This document shows positions 10,931 to 25,505 of a stretch of 64,000 nt of DNA, piece by piece. The translations under genes and the position numbers were made by a program. The stretch is from the human T2T-CHM13v2.0 reference genome, Homo sapiens, in the NCBI RefSeq assembly GCF_009914755.1, contig NC_060940.1; one strand, 5' to 3'. Each line of letters opens with the position of its first letter. Position 1 is the first letter of the stretch. The notes under the pieces were generated by a model. It was not told the DNA's origin. It did not search any database and was given only the letters and a program-made list of their open reading frames with translations.

Positions 10931-13599
10931 CCTTATATCTATGTTTGAAGCCCTAGTCCAGGGACCACAGGCCAGGGAAGGCACAGCAAGGGAGCAGGAA
11001 AGCTTCTAAAGGTACACTCAGCACACGTGGGTTCTCCTCACTGCCACCAGTGACAGACAGCTTTGGTTTCATTTTCTGAAGTCCTGTGTTCAAAATGAAA
11101 CCAAATCCAGATGCCGAAAGAGAAAAGGAAATCTGCTGGTTGACAAGCATCCACCTTGTGGGCTGTTCTCCTGGAGGGCTGGGCACCAGGCTCACAGGAA
11201 GCCAGGCAGTGCGAAACCCTGAGGGGCTCAGAGTGCTCGGTAGGATGGGACCAGGCTCTGACCCCAGACCTGCTGCATGACCTTGGGCAAGTGACCTGTC
11301 CTCTTGGGACCTCATTTGCCCCAACTGCAAAGTGATCTCTGGACATCTCGTACCTCACAGAGCAGCCAGACATGCAGAGCCAAGGGCAAAATGCCAGGCA
11401 TGGAGTCGGTGCTTGGCACAATGACCTCTTGTCACAGGGCGGATGGACCAGCCCTATATCCACAGCTTACTAAACCACAGCCACAGCCAGATGTGTGGAA
11501 ACATTCTCCTCCCTATCTTGGCAGATCCTCGTACCCCAAATGTGAGGGGCCCAGCCAGCATCTGGGGGAAGTCAAGATCCTGGTGGCTTATGGCACTTAG
11601 CTTTTCAGTTTCTCTTTCCGGCTTTGGTGGCGCCTTGCTGGGAAAAGTAGCTCCTGGCCAGGGTGTGTAATCGTGAAACTGGCCTCTGCCCCGGAATTCC
11701 TCAGCCCTGCTTTTCCTCTAACCCATGTGTCGGGAAGGTTCCCATGGGAGTCTGTGCCCCTGGGAACCCCGAGCAGTGGGGCTCACAGTGTGGATTCTGC
11801 TGACCGCTGGTCTGAATTTAAATGGGTCATTTCATAAGTATGTGGCCTGGGGCCAGCTTCTTAGCTTTTCTGTGCCTCAGTTTCCATATTTGCAAGATGG
11901 GATAATAACATATCTATTTCACTTCTTCAGTATTTATTCAGCAGATATTTACTGAGTTCTTACTGTGTGCCAGGCGCAGGGGACTCAGAGGTCTTCAGGC
12001 AGACCTAGGGGAGTCAGTGAATTCACACCATCAGTGCAGACCATACTGGGTGCTATGTGGGAAAGAAACAGAGAGAAAGGGGTGACTGGATGTTTGTAAG
12101 GTGAGATAAGGAAGTTAGGGAAAGCCTCTTGGAGGTGGTGACATTAGCACTGACGTCTTTCTAAAAGTGGGATGAAGACCCCAGGTGGCGAGAACAGCCA
12201 GTGCAAAGGCCCTGTGGTGGGGGTGCTTGAAGATAGGAAAGGAGAGTTGGTATAGCGAGCCAGGGGGTGGTGTAGGGGTGAGGCATAGGGGTTGGCAGGG
12301 TCTGATCCATCAGGCACGGCCTTGCTGGGCTGTGGCAGGGCTTTGGATTTTGCCCTGAGTGCATGGACCAGCCATCCAGGCCCAAGCGACAGCATAGGAC
12401 TGAGTGTGGAAAGAACCTTCTAGCTGCTGACCTTCCCAGCTGCTGGGCTTTAGCCACGATGAGCTGTGGTAGTGGCCTTGGGACACTTTCCCATGGTCCT
12501 GTGAATTGGAAATTATGTGTTTCCCTTGATCAGATGAGGAGAGCACAACTCAGGGAACTGGTGGAACTTGGTGAAGGTGTTTTGGGGAGCCCTGGGGCTT
12601 GGCAGAACCTGGCCTGAAGTCCTCTGTCGGGAGAGGTTGCTTTGATGTTTGGAGTAGATCCTTTCTGCTCCCACCACAGGAACGATTGTGTGTCTCAGTG
12701 GCGGGTAGAGGGGTGTGAGCTCAGAGGACCCGAGTCCAAGGAGAAGGTGTGAGAGGCCAGGGAACGATGGCATGAGCCAGTGGCTGACTCCAAAGTGGCG
12801 CCAGTCCTGGAGACTTGATGAGACTCTTCTAGCAGGCACAGGTGAAGAAAGGAGAGGTGAAGTCAGCTGTTACCTGAAGTAGTCAGTAGTCACTGGCTTT
12901 CAGAAAGCAGTCAAGATTGTTTCGTTAACAGCTGCAAAATAGGAGGGGCAGGAAAGTAGAATTCTAGGAATGCTGGTGGAGGGGTCCAGACACACCTGCT
13001 TCCAGTCCCAGCTCCCCTCCCCATCAGCTGTGTGGCTTCAGGCAAGTTGACTGAATCCAGTGGTCCAGAGAACTCTCACAAAGCCCGAGCCTGGGAAGCA
13101 CAGTGCCTGTTCCTCAGTAAATCCCTTGGGATCTTTGTCGTGGCCTATTCACTCCATTTTTGCACAGTATTCCAACAAGCCTAACAGGTTTCTACCCACC
13201 CCACCCCATCCCATAAGTGACAAATTAGGTGTCAGCAGCTGACAGCAAGGACCAGTAGCGGTGACATAGGGGGCAAAGAACTTGCAGAAACTATGAAACT
13301 AGGCACAAGAGCTAGCACGCAGCAGGCTGGGGACGTTAGAGTGTGGGGCAGGAAGATTCCTCATGTCCATGGGCCCTCACTGTGGTGATGCTGTTGAGAA
13401 TGTCGGGTATCGCAATGAGAGGTAGAATAGGGCCCAGTTCTCTCTGAGGAGGCGTCTGGTCTCAGGGCACACAGAGCAGCAGCAGTCTCCTCCCATGCCA
13501 CGATGTGGGAAGCCCAGCGTCTACTGGCCCAATTGGCAGTGCCCTGAACAGGCTCAGGGAGGGGTAACCCTCAACCGAGTTGTAAAGAGTGAGCATCAC

Positions 13600-13910
<311 letters not shown>

Positions 13911-14122
13911 TCAGGAGTTCAAGACCAGCCTGGGCAGCATGACAAAACCCCATCTCTACAAAAATATGAAAAAATTAGTTGGGCATGGTGACACATACCT
14001 GTGGTCCCTGCTACTTGGGAGCCTCAGGTGGGAGGATCACTTGAGCTCGGAAGACAGAGATGGCAGTGAGCTGAGATCACACCACTGCACTCCAGCCCGG
14101 GTGACTTAGGGAGACCCTGTCT

Positions 14123-14157
<35 letters not shown>

Positions 14158-17100
14158 TCTCACCAAGGGAACGGAGGGAGAACATATTCCGGGCAGAGCA
14201 TGACAAGAATGTGAGGCCCTGGGCAGAGCATGAGGCCAAAGGTAAGCCGGACACCCCAAGGCAGCCCTAGTGGCTTCTAGGAGGAGACTCGTCTGGAGGA
14301 AGGGAGAGGGCTGGACTGGACCTCTGCCTGCCCTGGAGTAATGAGTCCCTCTGTGGGAGAGCGTTCTGGGTCACCTTGCCCAAACCAGCAAGCCCAGAGC
14401 AGGGGCTGATGTTATATCCACATGCCTTTACTGCCTCTCCAGATTCAACAGAGCTTCGCTGAGCACCCATTAGACACATTCACTGATGCTCATTCCTTTT
14501 TTATCCTCTTTTTCCTTCAATTTTCCTCCCTCTAGGTAACCCAGGCACCAGCTTGGTCTGTTCTTTGGGATCTTTTTTATTTTTATTTTTATTTTTTGAT
14601 ACTGGGTCTCCCTCTGTCACTCAGGCTGGGGTGCAGTGGCGTGAACACAGCTCACTGCAGCCTTGACACCCCCACCCCACCCCCACTGTGCTCAAGCAAT
14701 CCTCCTGACTCAGCTTCCCATGTAGGTGGCACGCATTGCCATGCCCAGCTAATTTTTTCATTTTTAGGGAGACAGAGTCTCACTTTGTTTCCTAGGCTGG
14801 TCTCAAACTCCTGGCTTCAAGTGATCCTCCCGCGTGGGCCTCGCAAAGCGCTGAGATTATAGGCATAAGCCACTGCTCCCACCCTGGGATCTTTTTCTAT
14901 GCATCTACATGCTTGTATTTTGACCCATAAAAATTATGTTCCTTGGCCAGGTGTGGTGGCTCATGCCTGTAATCCTAGCGCTTTGGGAGGTCGAGCTGGG
15001 AGGATCACTTGTGGTCAGTTCGAGGCTGTGGTGAGCTATGATTGTGCCACTGCACTCCAGCCGAGGTGACAGAGCAAGACCCCAATTATTTAAAAAAAAA
15101 AAATAGTATTCCTTTGTGTAGGACTTTTCCCTCTATCAATGTCATGTCTTTCTCCATCTTGCACTTTCCACCCAACAGATACTCTGGCAATCTGGCTAGA
15201 TCACATATAGATCGACCCCATGCTCCTTAAGAACTGCATGATACTCCTCAGCGTATGTTCATTTAGCCGTCCCCGGTGGGTGGACACATAGGTTGTATTT
15301 TTGCTCTTGCAAACAGCGTGGCCTGCACCTCCCTGTACAGCCTCTTGGCACACATGTGATAAACCGTTCTTACCGTTTGAATGTTCATAGGTGCCACCCA
15401 GTCACCTGCCAGCGTGCTGTGCACATTTACCTTCTGGGCAAAAGCATTCAACAATGTTTCCCCATGCCTTCACCATTATCTTACTTTTTCCATTTTTGCC
15501 TATTTGATGATTTGGTAAGTGGTGGCTTCTCATTGTTGCTTTAATGCCTGCTTCTTCTTTCATTTATTCAACAAATACTTACTGCACTCCTAATATGTGC
15601 CAGGCACTGTGCTAAGTCCCGGAGATGCAGCAGTGAACAGCATGGCCTCCTCGGTTCTCTTTACAAAGTGTGAGACGCACCTGAGACTCAGAGAGATTAA
15701 GGAATCGTCCTGGGGTCACCCAGCGAGGGAATGGGAGAGCTGGGATTTGAAGCTGGGTCTGTGTGGCTGCAGGGTTTGAGATGTTTTTCCTTTCGAATCA
15801 TAGCTCACATGGGCATCTCCACCAGGGTCTGCCCTCTCATCTGACCCACTCCATTCCCGACTCCTGCCCCAACCCAGGACCACTGCATTTCCCCTTGGTG
15901 ATCCCTCAGGCCCACAGGAGTGACAGCCCTGCAGCTAACCCCACCACAGGACAGGCTGCACCTCATTGTTCCCCAGACCTCACCTCACCCCCTAGTAGCC
16001 CACTGAAATTAAATCTCTGAGTATCAAGACAGCTCATCTTCAGAACCCACGTACTCTCTTGCTGGCTGGATTTATTGTCTGTCTCTCTCCATTTCCTGAA
16101 TTTGGGTCTCCAGCAGGCCTGTCCCCAACCTGCTGCCACCCACCCCAAGCCGAGTAAGTGAAAGCATGAATCTGTGGTTGGATTATTTTTTCCTGTCATC
16201 ATTGTACGTCTGACTGTACAAGGGTGGCGTGTATTGTGAGTGCTTGCCTACATGTGTGTTTCCTGTGGGAAGGGTCAGGGGAGGTGACTGAGAGCCTTCA
16301 TGCACATGTAGGGGTGTGTATGTGTACTTGGGGTCCACATGTGAATGTGGGTCTCTGTGTCTGAGTGGGTTTGAACAGCTGCTTCTTCATACATGTGGCC
16401 AGGAGTTCGAGGCTGTGGTGAGCTATGATTGTATATATGACTATCCGTGTTTGTGCCACTTTTGTGTTGGTTGTGTTGGTGTTGCTTTCAGGGAAATGTG
16501 GAGTTAAAGGTAGGTCCATAAGCCACACGTGTGACCCAGTCCATTGGCTTATAATAAAAGATTTACCTTCAGTAATCATATCATAAAAGGACACTGCCCA
16601 GGAAGTAGGGAGGTCCTTTGGTGAGTGGGGCTCAAAGTCCCTGACTTTATGTCTAACCCTGTCTCCACTTCCTCTTTCAAAATATGTTCCCCAGAAGGGC
16701 CTCCCTAACTCTTTTGCACCGATGTGTCAGTGACTATCATGGCTTAATGTGGCCTTACATTTGGGAACCAGTAAGTTTTGGGCAAAACATGAATCTCTTA
16801 TCTCAGACCTGCCTGCCAGGAGTCCTTGACCAAGTTGTTTCACCTCTGAGTCTCAGCTTCTTCATCTGTACAGTGGGACCAATAATGTCTCTTGTTGAGG
16901 AGCGTGGATTCCGTGGAAATATTTATGTCAAAACATCTGGCATCTAGTAGGTGCTCGATAAATGGAATTCCCGAGTATGCTTGGGTGCTTCCCCATACCC
17001 TCTCCTAATAGAAACAACCTGGAACATTTCCCTGCTGTGAGAGGAGGATAAAGGGACCCAAGGAAAGGAGACTGATGGTGACATTGAGTGGCATTGATCG

Positions 17101-18176
17101 GGTGGACCAGGCCCTCTCTTGGATGCTTGCAGGTGCATTATCTCAATGAACCTCCACTGGGACCCCTCCAGGCAGGCACCATTAGCCTCCCATTTTACAG
17201 AAAAGACCAGGATGCAGACAGGGGACATGACTTGCTCAAGGCCACACAGCTGAGATCTGAAAGAGGACCTTCCATGTCATGCCACTGCCTGGGATGGGCT
17301 CAGCAAAGCTTGGAGTCCTGCAAGGCCTTCCCCAAGACACCTGGGTCCATTTCCCTTCCCTGCAGACAGCCCATCACCACTCATTTCTACTCCTGCCCCA
17401 CCTCCCTTCACCTGTTCACCCTGTTCCTTCAGCCCAAATGTCAAATGCAGCACAAAAGAAAACAAAGTGACCCTGTGTCTGGCGCTATGCTGGGCAGCTT
17501 ATCACACACCAGGCTGCTGGGTACCCCGCCCCCCAGTATGTCAGAACGATGAGCCCATTAGACAGAGGGGGAGAGTGAGGCTCAGAGTGGTCTAGTCCCA
17601 GCCGCCGCAGCTAGGATAGTGAGAACTAGGGCAAACTTGAGTCTGACCCTAAAACCAAGGCTTGTGGGTATGAAGGTCAGAAGCCAATTTACCCAAGACC
17701 CTGACCATTCCCCAGTCCTTTTGTCTGGCAGCCGGCATTCCTTCACGAAAATCTGCCTGGTACTTTTTATGCCATGTTAACAGCAGAGGTTTACTGAGTG
17801 CCAAGCACTGAGCCCAGACACCATGTCACATGCATGACACACTGACCTCTCCCAACCTCCCAGCAAGGGTGCCCATTTTGCAAATGAGAGCAGGTTTCCT
17901 ACTTGGAAGCAGGGTTCTGTCTGGTTCACCCTTATCTTCCCTCCTTGGCCTTAGCCCAAAGCCCACACAAGTGGGTGCTCAGTAAATGTTTGCGAAAGAG
18001 GAATGAGGAAGGCAGGACTCTGGGCATTATCTTGGGAGGAACCTCCAGCTCACCCGTTGTGGAAAATCACCCCGCTAGACCGGGCTGCCATTCTGCCAAT
18101 TGCTGTACCCTGTCCCATCCCCTGCAGTCCAGTCTCCACACAGCAGCCAGCACCACTTTGAAAACACACACCAGGT

Positions 18177-19292
<1,116 letters not shown>

Positions 19293-20039
19293 GCACACAC
19301 CAGACTCTATCAACTCACCCAGTTGAGACCCTCCCCTGACTTCTCACACCAAGAATAATGTCCAAGCTCCTTCCTGCGGAGATTGGTACAACCCCGGCAT
19401 GGTCTGGCCCCCACCTGGTGCCCCCAGCTCATGTCCCAGCACCTTCAGATTCTATGCCAGCTCCTCTGGAACACAGGTTCTAACCCAGGCTCATTCCCTC
19501 ACGGGGACATGACATCACCCTGCTCCCTTGATACAGCTCATTCTGACAAGTCTTGTGTGTTTGGACTGTAAGTTCCATGAGGGCAGGGCCTTGTGTGTTC
19601 TCTAGTTCTGTTCCCAGAGCCCAGCACAGTCCCTGAACAGACTTTGGTCCCTTAGTAAAAGTTTGTTGAAATGGCTGCTTTGAGGAACGTTGAGGTTGGT
19701 ACTATGTTACAGAATCAACAAGTGAGACTCAGAGGTTGGTCACAGTCCAGGGTCACACAGCGAGTACGAAAGATGAGCCAGGATTCAAACTCAGGATGCT
19801 CTGGATTGCAAAAGGCACATTCTGAACCCCTCTTCCTGTCTCCTGTCGTGTTCTTGGGCTACATACATGTGGATCACGTGAATAGGTTGTGGACATGTGT
19901 GCATCTTGTGTGTACACACCCATGTGGGAGCATACAGGGCAAAAGATTGTTATCCAAGCAGAGTGGACTCTGCAGGCTTCTTGGCATCCTACCCCCATTC
20001 ATTTCTGCCCCTGTGCAGGCCCCCAAAACACATAACACC

Positions 20040-20103
20040 TTTATTAGTGAAATCAAAATGACTATGACTACTCAGGGATAGTCTTCCAGGTACAAGCTTT
20101 AAT
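20040..20103 (-). terminator. TNP2 poly(A) signals: ATTAAA (20098-20103) and AATAAA (20040-20045)
   Basis: Two hexamers 115 and 173 nt downstream of the stop. Confidence 0.7.
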
Positions 20104-20217
20104 TAGTGTTGCGTAGAAATCACCATAGTAACATGTTCCTGCAAGAAGATTGACTTCATCCTAGCATTTTCTCCTTTGGGTGAAACACGCAGGAACAAGC
20201 CAAGGAGTGCGGTCTCA

Positions 20218-21484
20218 TTAGTTGGATTTCCATCCTAAGGGATAAGAGTGGGAAAGGAAGCTTTAATAGCTGAGCACTTCATGAAGTCAGTGACCTCCTT
20301 GACCTCCTGTAAGGTCTTACAACTACTCATTTGTGATTGAATATGGGACATAGATAGAGTTTAGACTACCGTCAGTGTCCTTTTGACCTATGTGAATCCA
20401 GGTATCCATCCATTTATCCCTTCCATTTGTCATCCACCCATTCATTAGTTCACTCATTCCATTCATTTATTCAACATTTCTTTCCCATTCTATCCCATTA
20501 GTCTAGATATCTATTCTTCTCTCTGTTTATTCAATTACTCTATATTACTCTATTAAGATAATATTTAACCAATCAAACCAACCCATCAAAACTTCTACAA
20601 CTATTTAACTCTATTTCTAACCAATTCATCCACCAACCACAATCTTCAAACTGATCATCTACCTAACCAACCAAATAACTAGCCAGCCAGTGCATTCATC
20701 CATTTATCCATCCATCCAGCTAATCGTATCCAAACTTCCTATCATTCAGCCAATGCATTCTTCCAACTATCCTTTCTATAACCTATTTATTGTTTACCCA
20801 CCCAGTCATCCACCCAACCTCTCAACTCCATTCATGCTTTCATCTAGCTTATCTGCTATCTGTCCATCTTTCCATCCTCCTAATCAACCCATCCAATTTC
20901 AAAGAGACTTTCCGTCAACGTATCATACATTCAGCTAGCCAACTGCCATTGTTTCTCTTCTCCCTCTTCCTTCTTGCCTGTGGTTCCTTTGTGACCTGGC
21001 TGCAGCCTTCCTCTCACTGCCCCCAAGGTCTGCTCTCCATCATCTGTGGGCTCGGTGGCCCTTCCCCACCTCCTTAAAGGGTACCTGAGCTCCACGTCTT
21101 GGTTTTGTACACCTGCTGGATCCTCTTGGCCATTTTTTTCTTTTTCAGCTTGCCTTCCAAGTTCTTTCTGTTCTTGGGGCAGCGGCAGTGCAGGATGGTG
21201 GGCCGCATGGGAGAGTGGTGGGAGTTCATAGTCTTTTTGTGGCGCTTTGGTGGTGGACTAGTGTTGGGACTCTGGCTCTGGTGGCCGGATGAGCTGTGGG
21301 CTCCAGTTGGGTTGCGGTGGCTGGCCGGGCTCTGGCTGGAGCTCTGGCTCCGGCTGCCACGATGGCTCTGTCTGCAACTCTGGCTGAAGGTTTGGCAATG
21401 GCGGGTGCAGGTGCGGCTTTGGGGCTGAGAGTTGCTATGGAGCTGAGTGTGGGTGATAGGAAGGCTGTGAGTCTGGGTGTCCAT
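20218..21484 (-). CDS. TNP2: Transition protein 2, 138 aa; join(21085-21484, 20218-20234)
   Basis: ATG 21482-21484 [12 protein letters not shown]...; Cys/His/Ser-rich N-terminus, basic C-terminus; donor G|GTACC at 21085/21084, acceptor AG at 20235-20236; exon 2 completes GWKSN*; 400+17 = 417 nt. Confidence 0.97.
20400..20940. repeat. Degenerate (CCAT/TCAT)n low-complexity tract in the TNP2 intron
   Basis: Repeated ccatcc, attcatt, ccaacc units; very G-poor on the plus strand. Confidence 0.7.
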
Positions 21485-21570
21485 AGGAGGCCACGTTTGG
21501 AGGGGCAGGGCCTCCTCCTCATCCTCTCCCAGCAGGCCTAGCTTTACAGAGGCCCTGGCAGCCCACCTGG

Positions 21571-21577
21571 TTATATA
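21571..21577 (-). promoter_or_regulatory. TNP2 TATA box
   Basis: TATATAA on minus strand, 87 nt upstream of the ATG. Confidence 0.75.
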
Positions 21578-22732
21578 GTTGGGGCTGATTATGATGGCCC
21601 AGGCCACAGGGGTGTGAGAGATGTGGCTCAGCCAAGACAAAGCCCCCTACCCCTTACCCTCACCCCCAGGCTGGGGCAGCTCTCAGGGGTACCCTGGGGA
21701 TAGTCCCAGCTACTGGTTCAGGGTAGGAGCCCTTGGGTCAGATTAAGCTGAGTCTGCATCCCAGATCTGCTTTTTCCACATGGTCAGCCCTGGGAATTCG
21801 CCTGAACAAGTCCCAGTTTCCCCATCTCTGCAGAATAGGGATAATAATTGTACTGACCTCATTCGGACATTGGAAGAATTATTAATAAAGGAGAGAATTT
21901 ATATCAAGCAGTTAGCTCAGGCCCAGCCCACAATAAGAGCTCAGTAAACATCACTGACCAGCATCATCAGGTGTTTTTCTTAACGCCCTGGGCAACTTGG
22001 GTACCAGGAGTGCAGCCCTGACCCTGGTGATGGCAGCTGAATGGTGGGCAGTTGTTGAGACAGATGATTAGTGCCCAGATGATGGGGAGGTGATGAATTG
22101 GTCAGATGGCTTGGTGGATGGATGAAAGATGAGTAACCACATGGACCAAGGGGTGGTCCTGGGGCTCGCTTGGCAAGCCTACCTCCCCAGCCAGATCTAA
22201 AGTCGGGAAATTCAGAGCCGGGTTCAAATCCCAGTTTGCACTGATGTCCAGTCTTGGGTAGGCCATTGTGGTTTCTGAGGCTTAATTGCCCTATGTGACA
22301 AAGGGGTGTCTTTCCTTCTTTCCTGGTATTCTCGTGAGCCTGAGATGCCTGTCAAGCTACAGGAGGCCCTTGGAAACCCGTCTCTCTCCTTCAGTTTCTG
22401 CCTCTTGATTCTCCTCCCCTTCCTGCTAACGAAGCCTCGCCATACCGTTTGAATCACGCCGTCCCTGCTCAGATACCCCAGTACCTCTAGAAGAAAGCCC
22501 AGACTTATGTTTGAACACTAAGCCATTTGATCTTCTAGTCTTTGGGTTTCCATCCAGAGCCCTCCACCCCTCCCTGTCTTGGCCGATGCCTTTGGGCTTA
22601 GCCCTTGGCCCTGTACTTTCCCACTTCTCTCTGCATGGAACTTCCTCTGTCTCTGTCTGTCCTCCCCGAGCAGGCCTCCGGCCCAAGCCAACCTCTCACT
22701 CTGCCCATGTGCAACTTTGCCTCTTGCTATGA

Positions 22733-22980
<248 letters not shown>

Positions 22981-23212
22981 TAGGTGGGTCTTGAACTCAT
23001 GAGCTCAAGGTTTTCTCCTGCTTTGGCCTCCCAAAGTGCTGGCACTACAGGCATGAGCCAATATGCCCAGCCTTTGCAGTTTATTTCTTAATAAACATTT
23101 CAAATTTCTTACAGTGAGAACTGCTTTCATTTACTGAATGCTTTCTACGTGGCTGGGCTCTGGACCTTACCCTCTCCAGGCAGCTTTGCCCTCAAACCTC
23201 ACAGTGACCCTT

Positions 23213-23629
23213 TGTAGTGGAATGAATGGCAACCCCCAAAAATCTATGTCCACGTTATAACTCCTAGAACTTGTCAATGTGATATTTGGAAAAGGGGTCT
23301 TTGCAGATGTAATTAAGCTAAGAATCTTGAGATAAGCATGTTGGCTTAGCTGGTGGGCCCTAAATCCAATGATAAATGTCTTTATGAGAGACAGAAGAGG
23401 TGTCACCCAGGGAGAAGAGGAAACCATGGGAAGATGGAGACGAGCTTGGAGTTGTATGAGCTAGAGGAGGCAAGGAAGGATTCTCTGCTAAGGCCTCCGG
23501 AGGGAGATCAGCCCAGCTGGCACCTCGACTTCAGACTTCTGGCCTCCAGAACTGCAGAGAATACATTTCTGTTGTTTTAGCCACCAAGTTTGTGGTCATT
23601 TGGTATGGCAGCCCCAAGAAACTTATGCA
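23213..23629 (+). mobile_element. MLT1 (MaLR) LTR
   Basis: GGGTCTTTGCAGATGTAATTAAG and GACTTCTGGCCTCCAGAACTG...TTTGTGG motifs. Confidence 0.8.
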
Positions 23630-25505
23630 CCCCATGAGGCAGATACTATGATTACATTTAGCAAAGAGGGAACAGGCTCAGAGAGGTGGAGTAACCAGCC
23701 CAGAGTCCCTTAGCCGATCACGGCAGAGCCAGTCATATTCAGGTCTGGCCTCCTCTCGAGGTCACTAAGGGATTCTCGGCAATTAGAGGGACAGCTGCAG
23801 CAGGGTTCTCAGGGCCCTGCCTTGGGTGGCCTCAGCAGGTCCGGTTGTGGGGTATATGCTAGACCAAGCCGTGAAGACTCTCTGGGTCTCTGGACCCCCC
23901 TTCCCATGGTCTCCTGCTCCTCCACTGCCAACGCCCCACTTTCCCATCCTGAAGCACATAGCCTGGAATGGAGATCGTGGCCTGCCATCAACCAGCCTCT
24001 CCTCCACACACCTTTCCAGTCCTCCCAGGGAGGGCTGACCTCTCCCAGCAGCGGGTGTGCGGCACGTCACGTACCTGCCCCCGCACCCATGACAGTGAAC
24101 TCTCTCCCAGGACAGCGGGGACTATGTTTTATTACCAGGGCTCCTTGTGACTAGCACCATGTGGGGCATACAACAGGGACTCAGCTCATGTTTCCTGGGC
24201 AAATGAATGGGTGGGTGGACCTTTGGGCCTTGGACAAAAGGACAAGGCTGACCAACCGAGTCATTTGTGGGTCTGGGAGTAGTGGGATAACAGGGCCTCC
24301 CTTGCCCTAGGCCATTGCCGGGCAGAGCCGTGGCCTCCCCACAGGGTAGCCCAAGGCCCCTTCCTACCTCAAACATGGCCCCCAGAGAAACCGAGGCTTC
24401 CCTGAAAATTCCCCATCCCCCAGCCCCACTGCCACGGTACCAACTAGGATCCCCTCGGGAACAGGGGATCAGCTGATCCAGAGAATTAGCTCAAGGTGGC
24501 TGGTGCTTGGAGGACTGTGAGGGAATGTGGTGGAGATCGCATTTGTGGCTTCTTTGGGATGGAAGGAGTGAGGGAGGAGCCGGCAGTAGGGTGGGCAGCA
24601 GACGCACTCCGAAGCTCCTTGCGGAAGGCGCACCGAGCCCAGAGCGAGAGGATGGGGCCTAGGTTCTGTGTCTGTACCCAGTCGCCTCCCTGGGCCTCTT
24701 TTGCCTACTGCTCTCATGGGGTACTGTCTCCGCCCCCAGGGCTAGACCCCTTGAAGAAGGCGGGAGTGAGCTTCCAGGTAGGGGTGCAGGTGGTTGCCAG
24801 CAGCATAGACTGGCAGTGGAAGAGTCTGCAGCCAAGAAGGACCTAGAGGAACCACCATGACCCCAGCAACAATCCCTGTCCTAGCTCAGCACTGACTGGT
24901 GCCAGGCCTGGTCCCACCCATCACTTGAGCTAATTTTTCTGATCATCTGACCCGTGAGTAGCTATTAGCTTCCCCTAAACGCTGGGAGGGGCAGCCTGAG
25001 GCTCAAAGACACGCAGTGACTTGCTCAAGGGCACGCAGCTACCAGAAAAGAAGTTTGAACCCAGGTCTGCTGAACTCCCAAGCCAGTGTTCTTAAAAGAC
25101 GGTCCATAGTTGGGGCAGCACAGTGGGGACTGCGATGAAGGCAGTTACCCTGTCCCGCTGGATGCTCTCGGCTGGGGTGTGCTGGGACTCGCAGAGGAAT
25201 TTCCCGTCCCAGAGATGGGAAGATTTGGCGGAGATGATTTCCCCCTCTCAAAGCCCCTCAACCTCTGGCTGGGGCTTGGGAACAAGGTCACCGAGCCTTG
25301 CTGTTCAGCCTTCCTTGGCAGCTGGCCTCCCTCCGTGTGCACCCACACACACACGCCTTCACACACGTGCACACGTGGGGCCAGAAGGGATAGGGTGAGG
25401 GGAACCAGAGACAGGGAGGATTCCTCAGAGACTTTTTATTGACTCTTCTCTGAACACTGTCGCCGGAGCAGCAGTGGGCGTCCCTTCCTGGGCCTTCGTT
25501 GCGGG

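Noticed and set aside
21099-21541. Hydrophobic Trp/Leu- or Ala-rich ORFs antisense to TNP2
   Set aside because: Mirror of the Ser/Gln/His codon bias of TNP2
21074-21640. 188-aa TNP2 ORF as given
   Set aside because: Starts upstream of the TATA box at a non-ATG codon and reads into the intron; spliced product is 138 aa
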